A stretch of 38,812 nt of DNA, taken from sequence record DRR723986_28180; one strand, written 5' to 3'. The notes below the pieces were generated by a model. That model saw nothing but the letters and a program-made list of their open reading frames with translations. It had not been told where the DNA came from and did no database searches. Positions within the stretch are counted from its first letter, which is position 1; each line of letters starts with the position of its first letter. Both the position numbers and the translations under genes were made by a program. This document shows, one piece after another, positions 9,878-20,100 of the stretch.

Positions 9878-10780
9878 TTATTCAAAAATCCGCTTCGCTT
9901 CTTTAAAGGTATTTGCATGTGCATCAATAATATCAGCAATTTGCGGAGAATAGCCCCCTCCCATTGAAACCACAACCGGTATCTCTAACGACTTACACAT
10001 TTCAAACACAAACGTATCCCGTTGCTTGCAGCCTGTTTTACTCACCCCCAGACGGCCCAATTTGTCAGAGCTTAGAATATCTACTCCACTCAAGTAAAAA
10101 ATAACATCAGGCTGCGCAATGGCCACCGCATTAGGTAAATGTTCTTTGAGCAAGTTCAAATAGGACTCATCTTCTATTCCATCCGGCAAACCAATATCCC
10201 AATCAGATTGTTCTTTTCTGAGCGGATAGTTGTTCTCGCCATGCATGGAGAATGTCAGCACATCTGATCTATTCTCAAATATCTTTGCGGTTCCATTGCC
10301 CTGATGCACATCTAAATCTACAATCATCACTTTTTGAACCTTTTTGGCAAAAAGTAATTCGTTTGCCGCTATGGCGAAATCATTAAATAAACAGAACCCC
10401 TCTCCTCTGTCGGCATAGGCATGATGGGTTCCTCCTGCAATGTTCAAGGCCACACCATCCTCAAGAGCATAATCATAACAAGCCAAAGTGCCCTGTGATA
10501 TGTGCCGACCTCTTTCTATCAAGGTAGGATGATAGGGAAACCCCATGGTTCTGATCTCCTTAGCACTGAGCTGACCAGTTTTCAGTTTTTGCCAGTATTC
10601 ATTCGTATGTGTTCTTAATATCTGCTCTTCAGTGAGCGCCACCGGATGAAAAAAATCGGATTCAGTCAAAGTACCTTCATGCAAAAGTTGCCTGGGCAAC
10701 AAATCATATTTATCCATAGGAAAACGGTGCTTTTCAGGCAAATGCTGATAACGATATATGGGGCTGAATGCAACGCGCAT
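9878..10780 (-). CDS. Histone deacetylase family protein
   Basis: HRFPM, GGTHHA, GFCLFND, VDLDVHQGNGT, D-LGRL and MGGGY motifs. A TATATTTG -7 element lies on the minus strand at 10791-10798. Confidence 0.93.
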   Translation of the reverse strand: MRVAFSPIYRYQHLPEKHRFPMDKYDLLPRQLLHEGTLTESDFFHPVALTEEQILRTHTNEYWQKLKTGQLSAKEIRTMGFPYHPTLIERGRHISQGTLACYDYALEDGVALNIAGGTHHAYADRGEGFCLFNDFAIAANELLFAKKVQKVMIVDLDVHQGNGTAKIFENRSDVLTFSMHGENNYPLRKEQSDWDIGLPDGIEDESYLNLLKEHLPNAVAIAQPDVIFYLSGVDILSSDKLGRLGVSKTGCKQRDTFVFEMCKSLEIPVVVSMGGGYSPQIADIIDAHANTFKEAKRIFE

Positions 10781-10845
10781 AAAGAATCATCAAATATATT
10801 GAGAATTTGTTTTAGGTGAGATGTGTGAATACGTATCAAGAAAAG

Positions 10846-10917
10846 TTAATACATCACTGACTTCACTTCACTCATTTTTGAGGAGAGGCCAGATTTGTAC
10901 ATGACTTTGATTTAATA
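10846..10917 (-). pseudogene. Remnant duplicate of the 3' end of the Fn3 gene (direct repeat of 12294..12365)
   Basis: 63/72 nt identical. Translates Y*IKVMYKSGLSSKMSEVKSVMY* versus YKIKVTYKSGLSSKMSEKKSVMY*. Confidence 0.9.
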
Positions 10918-10949
10918 TTCATGACCAGGTAATCCAAAAGGCCCAACAA

Positions 10950-12275
10950 TTATCTCTTTTGAATCTTCTTTGTTTGAGCGCCGAATTTAAGGACGTAGCT
11001 GCCTGAGGGCAAACCCGCTACATCTATTGCATGAAATCCTGATTCACTATTTATTTGCTCGCTTAAAATTAATGCTCCGTTTATGTCATAGAGTAAGAGC
11101 ATATTTTCTCCAATATTTCCATTCCAACTTATATTGATAATATCTGAAGTTGGATTTGGAAACGTCTCAATTGAAATAGATTCGTTTTCTTCTAATTTAG
11201 CACTAAATTTTTCTAGTTTGAAAACTTTCAGATATATTTCGTCTACTGTCCAGTAGATATTGCCATCTGAATCTGGATGTATTACACTAAATTGATCCAT
11301 ATTTGCATCTTCAAGCGCTACACCTGAAGTGCTTCCATTATAATATTTAATACTGTAATCGTTATTTGAATTGAGACCTTTTATATTAAATAAAATATCA
11401 CCATTCAATTCATTTAAAAATCCTCCACTCAAATCAACAAGGTATGGAGTATTAATTTGGTCATCAATTACTGTAATCCCATTTGTAACTAAGTTTATAT
11501 AACAAACTCTATAGTGATGAACTCCATTATAACCAAAAGAAGCACTTACATATAACCTGTTTTGAGCAACATCACAATCCAAATTCACACCTGTGTAATA
11601 TAATGGAGATTGACCCGAAACATTTGAAATATAAGGCGTCCAATTTGTCCCATTATACAAAATAACAGCAGGGTTACTATTCACCATCATAGTAAAATAC
11701 ACGTAGTTATTCGAACTGTTAAAAGCCATATCCATGTTTGTGGCAGAATAGTGCGAATGAAGAATTGGATCATCTAAGGCCGTTATACCAATAACTGGAT
11801 CAAACTCAAGGAATTTATATTGGTTATTCACATAAGTCATAATGTAAACTGATCCGCTATTAGTATTACATAAAGTTTTAATAACGTTAGGTGATGATCC
11901 CGAATAAAATGAGGGACTACCAAATGTTGTTCCATCATAAACAATGGCATACACCCCGTCAGATTTAGTATAAAAAATAAAAAGAGAATCTCCAGTTAAT
12001 GAAGATTCCAGTGCCACATTAGAAACATCATCTTCAAGATACCCACCGCCTGGTCCTATTAAATTCCATGCACTATTCTCCTTTTTAAACAATTTCAATC
12101 GATCGTTATCACTGTCTATCGCCCCAACATAAAAATCATCATTTGGAGAAATGTGAAGAACATTCTTATATCCTAACAAATTATTCTCAATGTTATCTCC
12201 AAATTGAACCTCTTGAGACTGAACATTTAGCGCACAAAACAGACTAACTAGCCCAATTATATATTTCGATTTCAT
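10950..12275 (-). CDS. T9SS type A sorting domain protein (beta-propeller-like passenger)
   Basis: Signal peptide VQS|Q and C-terminal FPNPTSDIINI...LYDINGALI...LPSGSYVLK...KKIQK. Confidence 0.85.
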   Translation of the reverse strand: MKSKYIIGLVSLFCALNVQSQEVQFGDNIENNLLGYKNVLHISPNDDFYVGAIDSDNDRLKLFKKENSAWNLIGPGGGYLEDDVSNVALESSLTGDSLFIFYTKSDGVYAIVYDGTTFGSPSFYSGSSPNVIKTLCNTNSGSVYIMTYVNNQYKFLEFDPVIGITALDDPILHSHYSATNMDMAFNSSNNYVYFTMMVNSNPAVILYNGTNWTPYISNVSGQSPLYYTGVNLDCDVAQNRLYVSASFGYNGVHHYRVCYINLVTNGITVIDDQINTPYLVDLSGGFLNELNGDILFNIKGLNSNNDYSIKYYNGSTSGVALEDANMDQFSVIHPDSDGNIYWTVDEIYLKVFKLEKFSAKLEENESISIETFPNPTSDIINISWNGNIGENMLLLYDINGALILSEQINSESGFHAIDVAGLPSGSYVLKFGAQTKKIQKR

Positions 12276-12293
12276 AATTCGTTTTTATATTAT

Positions 12294-14267
12294 TTAATAC
12301 ATCACCGACTTCTTTTCACTCATTTTTGAGGAGAGCCCAGATTTGTATGTTACTTTTATTTTATAATGGTATTCGTTGTTAATCATTAAAGATTTATCTT
12401 CAAAAGTATTGATGTTTTCCCACTTAGTTTTAAGCAATTTAAATTTGCTTTCCCCTTTCGCTCTGTAGATTTGAATTGAAAAAACATCTCCCTCAACTTG
12501 TTCCCATTTCAGCGAGATACTTTTATCTTCTCGATTTACAATTAGGTCTTCTAGAATCGGAGCCGGTCTGTAGCCAATTTCATAAACAACCTTCATTCCT
12601 TTTGAAAAATTAATATTGCCAGACTTGTCTTTAGCCATTAAGTAATACTCATATGAGCTACCTAATTCTCCGGAAATATCTATCGTGCTATCATATTCTG
12701 CTTCAAATATCATTATTGTATCTAATTGATTCGTTGATGTCCTGAATAGTACTTGAGAAACTAAATCGACACTCGGAGAATTATGCCACTTAAGTAAAAC
12801 ACCTTCTTCAGAGACAGAGTATTTCGTTAAAACACCGGGCACGGGAGGGATTGTATCTGGTTTAAGCAATAAAATTGGTTCGGTTAATTCACCACAATTA
12901 TAATTTGCATCAATAGCACCAACTTTATAATAAATTTCAGTCGTTAGGGTATTCAAATTTAAGGTATCACTAAAAACAGGTTGCTTAGATAATCTTGTGG
13001 TAATTTCAACAAACTCTTCATCTAAACTGTTTGACCGATAAACTTTATATCCGATCAGATCATTGTCCTTAGGTTCGTCCCAACTTAATTTCACTAACCC
13101 TAAACTATCAACTTTACCATTTAAGTTCACTGGAACACCCGGAGGTTCCTGATCAAGTGAAAAATGATAGTAGGGAAATGAATAAGCAGTATCCCCATCA
13201 ACCGAAACAGCTGCAACTTTAAAAAATTGACGATCACCAGTTCTTAACTCTGACACTAAATTAAACTCAAAATCTGTACCGTTAGATCGTAATTCATCAA
13301 TAGGCCTAAAGACTGAATCCACTTTCTCTCCCTTGTAAAGAATATATTCTGCTACATCTGAGACATCCTCACCTACATAATAACCCAGTATTTTTCTTTC
13401 AAATTCATTATTCTCTACAGTGTCAATCACACAATATCCGGTAAGTCTTTTTTGAATATACACCTCAACAGTATTAGATTCAATACCTTGATCTGAAAAA
13501 TGATTTATGGGTAGAACCTTATAATAATAAGTTTTCCCTTCGGTAACATTTGTATCCACGAAGTCAACAATGGTTTTTTCTTTTTCAAATTCTGATGTAA
13601 AATAATACACTGGTACATCATTTAGCAAATCAAATTTTTTGTTATCAATTGATTTATAAATGTAGTAAGCTGAATAATCCATATTCAGCTGTTTTGCCTC
13701 CCATTTTAAATAGACTTCCTTTAAATCAATTCTTGATTCACCGATCAACTCGGTCATATTTGCATTCTCACTTAGTAGGCTTGTTTGTAACGAAACGGCA
13801 TTTGATTTGTGCCCAGTTTTGGATACTTCAATCTGGTATTGAACATTGTCACTTATAGATCGGAGATCTTCAAAATAAAGGCCGCATAATTCTGAAATTA
13901 TTCGGTTAGGCCCTGAAGATAAACTTAATAGGCTAAAGGCAAATGACTTAAACTGATCGTCTTTACTGATTCTAAAATCTTCAATATATTCTATCATATC
14001 TAGAATAAATTGGTCCGTTGAGTTTTCAAACTTTTTCTTTGTCTCATTAAAAGGACTTATATCAATAAATTCCGTAGTTTGATTACTTAAATCTGTTTTA
14101 GAAATAGAGAAACCATTATTTAAGCCTTCAATAAATACATCAACATCATAAGGTAACCAACGTAATTGAATCGTGTCTTTTTTAACAAATGTGGTCAAAT
14201 GAATATCCGTTTGTGCGTTCGCGCAAATTTGAAAAAATACTACAATAATTAAAACTAACCTACTCAT
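12294..14267 (-). CDS. Secreted multi-fibronectin type III domain protein (toxin-locus accessory)
   Basis: Signal peptide ANA|Q and repeated Fn3 motifs (LKW, GYKVYRS, YYYKV, DTIPP). Start overlaps the upstream stop (TAATG). Confidence 0.8.
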   Translation of the reverse strand: MSRLVLIIVVFFQICANAQTDIHLTTFVKKDTIQLRWLPYDVDVFIEGLNNGFSISKTDLSNQTTEFIDISPFNETKKKFENSTDQFILDMIEYIEDFRISKDDQFKSFAFSLLSLSSGPNRIISELCGLYFEDLRSISDNVQYQIEVSKTGHKSNAVSLQTSLLSENANMTELIGESRIDLKEVYLKWEAKQLNMDYSAYYIYKSIDNKKFDLLNDVPVYYFTSEFEKEKTIVDFVDTNVTEGKTYYYKVLPINHFSDQGIESNTVEVYIQKRLTGYCVIDTVENNEFERKILGYYVGEDVSDVAEYILYKGEKVDSVFRPIDELRSNGTDFEFNLVSELRTGDRQFFKVAAVSVDGDTAYSFPYYHFSLDQEPPGVPVNLNGKVDSLGLVKLSWDEPKDNDLIGYKVYRSNSLDEEFVEITTRLSKQPVFSDTLNLNTLTTEIYYKVGAIDANYNCGELTEPILLLKPDTIPPVPGVLTKYSVSEEGVLLKWHNSPSVDLVSQVLFRTSTNQLDTIMIFEAEYDSTIDISGELGSSYEYYLMAKDKSGNINFSKGMKVVYEIGYRPAPILEDLIVNREDKSISLKWEQVEGDVFSIQIYRAKGESKFKLLKTKWENINTFEDKSLMINNEYHYKIKVTYKSGLSSKMSEKKSVMY

Positions 14268-17125
14268 TAATTTTGCACAATATTACAATCTGTTCCTGCG
14301 TCAAATTCAGCGTTCACATTGACGTTTATCACGTTTAAGATTTGAGCTTGTAATGCAACTCCTCCATAAATATAAGAGGGTTTAGGAAATTTACCTGATA
14401 AAAGCATTGCCATAGAGCAATTAATCAAAACATAATCTTGCTTGACTTCTCCATCCACAACTTTCTTTACTCCCGCCGCCATGCCTCCATAAGCATATAA
14501 CTGTCCTTGTAAAAACCAATATTTTGCACCGAATGGACCCGTTTCTCCCTCGCAATGGTACGAAGGTGCATATTTATAAAGAGTTAAATCGAACCCACAA
14601 CCCATTCCTGCTGATGCATACGCCATCCATTTACCAGTAAAATTAATTTCACCGTCGAATCCAATATTTATACTCATTCCTGTACCGATTCCACTTCCAG
14701 AAGCAATTGACGCATTATCGCGTGTCGTTGTTATCCCTCCTAAAACAGAAGAAACTTGTGGTGGCGGCGGAGGCATAGGCGGCAAATTTTGTCCAAACAT
14801 GAAATAGGCATTAACAGTCACTAAATCAATGACATTTACTACGCATGGATTATTAGGTGTTCCTAAATGAAAAAACCAAAGAGAAGGAGAGATATACAAT
14901 TGTGACCAAATATTGGCATAAATTGCATCAGCAAAATCTGCTTCTGCCTGCATCTGCATATCAAAAATTTTATTCTGATTATCAAAAAATACGGCAACAG
15001 TGCCTTTTACATAGTTATCTGCTCCTGCTCGTTCAGATCTCTTTACCATCATGTATGCTTCACCAGCCAACAGCACCGAAGCTAAACCACCATTCGAATT
15101 GAATTGTATACTGAAAACCACATCTCCATTCAGCAGTTGTTCTTGCGTATAGACAAACTGAACCCCGGCCCTGAACCCTAGAGAGATTGTATTATCTGGA
15201 ATAAAAGTAGGGGACAATACCGAAGAATTTGTTCCCGCACTGGCTTGATCCATTATACTTTGAGCTGACCGGGTATCTCTCATGTGATAGGATATTCCAC
15301 CACTAATTTGAGTTAAGGTGACACCTGTATTACCTATTGGGATTGTAACAGGTACGGAGGCATCTACGGCAAAATATCTGTAACCATCAACTTTGCCAAA
15401 AATACATGACAAACCGATCCCTTCTATTACATCTCCTATTCCGACCTCTAAAAATCCTGCAAAGCCATCTCCATAAATTGGATCATCATATCTGAAAAAC
15501 ACACCCCCTTTAACGCTAATGGCTTGAGTATTAATATCAATGATTATCGAGTCAATTCTAAACGAATCGTATTCCCATTGCATCTTACCGTTTGAATCTT
15601 GTGAAATAGTTGACCAAACTTTGAATCCTCCTGCTACCCCAAAATTCTTTCCAATAGTTAAATTGGCCCCTATTCCCAACGCCACTTTACCTCCACCAAA
15701 ACCAAGTACTAGGTTATTCAAGGATATACTAAATCCTGACATTTTTGCACCAATTGAACCCACCAAAGAAAATTGACCCGCACTGATATAAGGAGACTCA
15801 GTAATCAAGGTGACATTTTGAAAACCAATCCCTTGAAAGGTCCCTTTTGGTGCGTCTAACTTCCAATCACCATTCAATACCAATTGAGGTTTGAACGAAT
15901 TATTTGTAACTGTCATTGTTAAAGCCGAACTTGGGTCAATTGTTAGCGTGGATTTGAATGCCCTTACCTCTGCTGATACGTTGGCTGTCATTGAAAAGCT
16001 GTAATCTAATTTTCCTGAGGATTCATTCTTTGAAAGCGCTGCCTGATAATCGATAGCTTTATCATCTAAAAAAGGAACAGCTAATTGTCCATTTATTTCG
16101 CCTTGTACAATCGAATTTGTTACAATATCTACAGCAATATGCTCTACTGAAAAACCCCAACCTCCTTCTACTTCACCAGTTGACAAAGCAAGTACATTAT
16201 TCGCACCAAATTCTCCGGTAACTCCAGCGTCATCTATGAAAAGATGATTTGCATAAATCTCAGTTCCCCCTCCATTTGGTGATAACTTGTTGGGTAATCC
16301 CACTGTAAAAGTTTCGACATAAAAACCGCGCCAAAGATCTATGTCTCCCCCATAAATCTGACCGAAATTTTGAGGCATTGGAGCTCCTTGCGGATTATAG
16401 TTATCACTCATATCAACTACAGCAGTTGAAATTTCAAAAGACACATCTTCCATCCCTTTTACGGCGAACTTTGTAAAACTAACCTCAGTCATGATATTAT
16501 TGACATCCTGAACATTCACTTCGAATTCTGCTTCTACCTTTGCTTTATCATCTTTCGGTATTAATATTTCTTTAGAAAATAAAAATTTACCATGCAGATT
16601 TACGGATTCAAATCCGTTACAATTCCAATTCACATAATTTGATCCATCACCCGGAATATAAAGTTCGGTGTTAGCACCAATTCGAATCGTATGTTCACTT
16701 ACTAGTTGGAGTTTGGACTGTGCGCCACCTATAACTCCTTCTGGATTAAACTTAATATCTTTTGCAGCAAAGGCCAAGGGATTCTCTGCATTGGGCAATT
16801 CAACTGACATATAAGCCGAAAAATATGCGCCATCCTTCAAAAAATACGCACTATCAATGCATATTACATAAAGATTCCCACCTATTTCTTTCGCCAATCC
16901 TATCGGCAATGAAGGAAAGTTGCTCACATCAAAATTCCCTATATGTTTATCTGGATCCATCACTGAATTCACTTTAGACATGACCTCATTATAGCGAGTC
17001 ATATCCGTGGCGGGTTCCAATCCTTGCGAAAAAATAGGTTTAAACACATAGGTATTAACACCTAGAAATGCAACAATCATCACCATCCGCTTGATAATTT
17101 GGGATGTTTTTATACATTTGAACAT
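14267..17125 (-). CDS. Large beta-strand-rich secreted protein of unknown function (toxin-locus accessory)
   Basis: 952-aa ORF with an N-terminal signal-like segment, Gly/aromatic amphipathic strands throughout and a PPMPPPPPQ stretch. Alternative starts are 17086 and 17080. Confidence 0.7.
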   Translation of the reverse strand: MFKCIKTSQIIKRMVMIVAFLGVNTYVFKPIFSQGLEPATDMTRYNEVMSKVNSVMDPDKHIGNFDVSNFPSLPIGLAKEIGGNLYVICIDSAYFLKDGAYFSAYMSVELPNAENPLAFAAKDIKFNPEGVIGGAQSKLQLVSEHTIRIGANTELYIPGDGSNYVNWNCNGFESVNLHGKFLFSKEILIPKDDKAKVEAEFEVNVQDVNNIMTEVSFTKFAVKGMEDVSFEISTAVVDMSDNYNPQGAPMPQNFGQIYGGDIDLWRGFYVETFTVGLPNKLSPNGGGTEIYANHLFIDDAGVTGEFGANNVLALSTGEVEGGWGFSVEHIAVDIVTNSIVQGEINGQLAVPFLDDKAIDYQAALSKNESSGKLDYSFSMTANVSAEVRAFKSTLTIDPSSALTMTVTNNSFKPQLVLNGDWKLDAPKGTFQGIGFQNVTLITESPYISAGQFSLVGSIGAKMSGFSISLNNLVLGFGGGKVALGIGANLTIGKNFGVAGGFKVWSTISQDSNGKMQWEYDSFRIDSIIIDINTQAISVKGGVFFRYDDPIYGDGFAGFLEVGIGDVIEGIGLSCIFGKVDGYRYFAVDASVPVTIPIGNTGVTLTQISGGISYHMRDTRSAQSIMDQASAGTNSSVLSPTFIPDNTISLGFRAGVQFVYTQEQLLNGDVVFSIQFNSNGGLASVLLAGEAYMMVKRSERAGADNYVKGTVAVFFDNQNKIFDMQMQAEADFADAIYANIWSQLYISPSLWFFHLGTPNNPCVVNVIDLVTVNAYFMFGQNLPPMPPPPPQVSSVLGGITTTRDNASIASGSGIGTGMSINIGFDGEINFTGKWMAYASAGMGCGFDLTLYKYAPSYHCEGETGPFGAKYWFLQGQLYAYGGMAAGVKKVVDGEVKQDYVLINCSMAMLLSGKFPKPSYIYGGVALQAQILNVINVNVNAEFDAGTDCNIVQN
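17091..17120 (+). promoter_or_regulatory. Bacteroidota housekeeping promoter (TTG-N19-TAnnTTTG) for the rightward operon
   Basis: TTG 17091-93, exactly 19 nt, then TACATTTG 17113-20. ATG follows at 17126. Confidence 0.7.
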
Positions 17126-20100
17126 ATGACTGTTGGTAAAAAGCCAAATATAGCAAAAGGAATTTATATCACATTTATCCTATCATTTTTTAGCCTTTTC
17201 GGGAAAGGTCAGGAATTGATAGAGATGAATATAACGCTAGAACCTGGTGGGAAAATTTATGATGTTGTCGAATCCCCATTTGGTGACGCCTACATTATTG
17301 TAGGAGATTTTGTCATGACATCCCCTTTTAGCAGGAAAAATTTTATTGTAGTTAATAAAAGTGATTTTACAGTAAATGATGACGCATTTTATCAACTACT
17401 AAATGGTGGTGCTGGTGTAAATGGTATAATTCGTTCGGTTGAAGTCGCAACAAGAAATATTACTGATGGGTTTGGGGCCATTATTGCTAAGCATAGGTAT
17501 ATATTCTTTGGTGGTGAATTCACTTGGATCAACGAAGGTGGAAACAATGATACCGTTAATGGTTTCGCAAGTTTTAGGTCAATAGAAAATTTCGGAGGCC
17601 CTTTTCCTGGTGTCAATGACTTCGCTCATCAAAATATCGCATTAGATTTTGATTATTCAGGAAATCCAAATAATGTAATTCAACCTGGTTGGAACCAGGG
17701 AATTTATGATATGATTGTGGATGAAGACTCGTTGTATATTTCTGGTGATTTTACGCTGGATCAATTTTCAACCCCCCCATTTGGTTCTTCTTTTGATATT
17801 GGTAAAATAAATATAAATGGATTTAATTATAGTCCATTCCCTCCTACGACTGGAGGACCTCTTGGAAATGTTACACCATTAAAATTCATCCATAAACATG
17901 ACGGATATATCTACACTGGAGGTGATGATGGAATCCAATCCCGAATTGCCCCTGATGGTAGCTCGGGCCCTACTCCAACACTGGTTATTTCTTCATTACC
18001 TAACAATACTTACAATGGCTTTTATGACGCTAAAACGTATCAAGACTCATTGCTTTTAATGCGAATTGACATGCATTCAGATGAAAACAGAGGAGATGAA
18101 GTGTACGTAATAAACGCAAATACAGGTATGTTTGAGGGTTCTCATCCAATCATGAACTACAGCCCAGACAATTTAAATTTAGCTAGTGTAACTCCATATA
18201 AAAATTGGCTTTATGGTTTTGATGAATCTCTCCTAAATCGCGGGCTAATTGGCTATAAAAATGATGGTATCCCATTCGTAAATGTTCAACCCATTAACTG
18301 GTCTGGACAAACGAACTTATTGACACTGGGCTCTTTTTCTCATATTGACGAAGCTGAATGTCAGTGGATAGAAGAAAACAGGTTTTTTGTATATAGTTCA
18401 GATTTAACTTCAACTTTTGGTCAAGCTAGAGATGGCTTTGCAATATATTGTCTTGAACCAGGAGATGCAGAACCCTTCATTTTATATGACTCAACAATTT
18501 GTCAAGGAGATACCATTACCTTTTCAGTTGGCGATTCTGATTTTGCAGATGGATACGAATGGTCTTATTCCGGAACGGGAATTGACCTCATTAATCAGGG
18601 ACCTCCAACTACCTTTCTCAGCACTGAAGCTCCAACAGTGAATATTGCTTTTTTTGACAATTTTACTCCTGGAACTTTAACTGTATCCCCATATTCAGAT
18701 TGTGATAGCAATACCATCAACTATAACCGTGTTTATTCAACTTCAGTATCATTAAATATCACCACCAACCCCCTACCCAATGCTATTGCAGGACTTGACA
18801 CTATACTAAACTGTTATAATGATACCATTAATTTATTTGGATTTTCGGACACTGCGAACGTGACTTATTCTTGGAACAAACTTAACACACCATTCATAGC
18901 TGACTCTTCAGGGCAAACACTGACGGTAACGGACTCAAACTACTATATTCTAACTGTTGAAAACCCTATAGGGTGTAAGGCTTTTGATACAGTTCGGGTA
19001 GATGAAGATAAATTAATGCCTACATTTGACCCTGTAACTTCAGGAATTCTAGGCTGCGGAGACACTATCTTTCTTTTAGGCCATTGTAATAATCTGACCG
19101 ACACACTTTCATGGTGGCAAAAATCGGGAAGTCCGGACACCTTAGTGAATCCTGCTCCGGCAACAACTGAAGGAAATTATGACTTTTATACCCAAAATCT
19201 ATCCAATGGATGTGTCGCTCAAATAATTCCGGCAATTTATGTTGGCGAAAACATAAATCCGCCAAATATTGAAATGGTAGGATATGCCTCTATTCCTGTG
19301 CTGACAGACCTATTTGTTTTGGATTGTAATAACCCTTCCGTTGATTTAAAACTCTATTCTGACACCTCTAATACAGTCTTGAATTACGTAGACAATAGTT
19401 ATAATAATCCAATTGGTGATAGTATTACAACTGATTCAGCTGGTACTTTTTATGTTCATGCAGTAAATCTAGATAACAACTGCGAAACCACAACTATTTT
19501 CACAATCGGCATAGATACCATAGCTCCCAATATCCTGTTCGATCCAATTACCGCCTTAAATTGCTCTAATGACTCTCTGATTTTAAATGGAAGCACCAAT
19601 TTTAATGACACAGTAATGACTTGGACAAATCCTTTAATTCCGCCTTCACAAAATCCGTTAACAGTGCATACCCCTGGATATTACACCTTAACTATTTCAA
19701 ACAATGCTAATGGTTGTTCTCGAGCAGACAGTATATTGATAATACAGGACAATTCAATTGACGTCATTGCATCAAACGATACAATTGTATGTGATCAGGC
19801 GGTGGCAACATTATTTGCAAACTATTTAGGAACAATTTCTGGAATTACTTATTTATGGAACAATGGTGCCACCACTCCTTCCACTACTTTTTTAGGAGGC
19901 GCAAACTCACAAGCCATTATAGAAATCAATGGGGATGGTGGTTGCTATGGCACAGACACAGTTCAAATTGATATCCCTCCTTTTCCGGTGGTTGATTTTA
20001 CTAGTTTTCAACCCTGTGGCGATCCCAATTCAGGATATATTGTCGCCAACCCGATTTCAGGCTGGACGCCTTTTGATTACTCTAAAGATAGTGGAATAAC

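Noticed and set aside
10846-12365. attL/attR of an integrative element or IS target duplication
   Set aside because: No integrase, transposase or inverted repeats. The repeat is long and diverged at synonymous sites, which fits allele replacement better.
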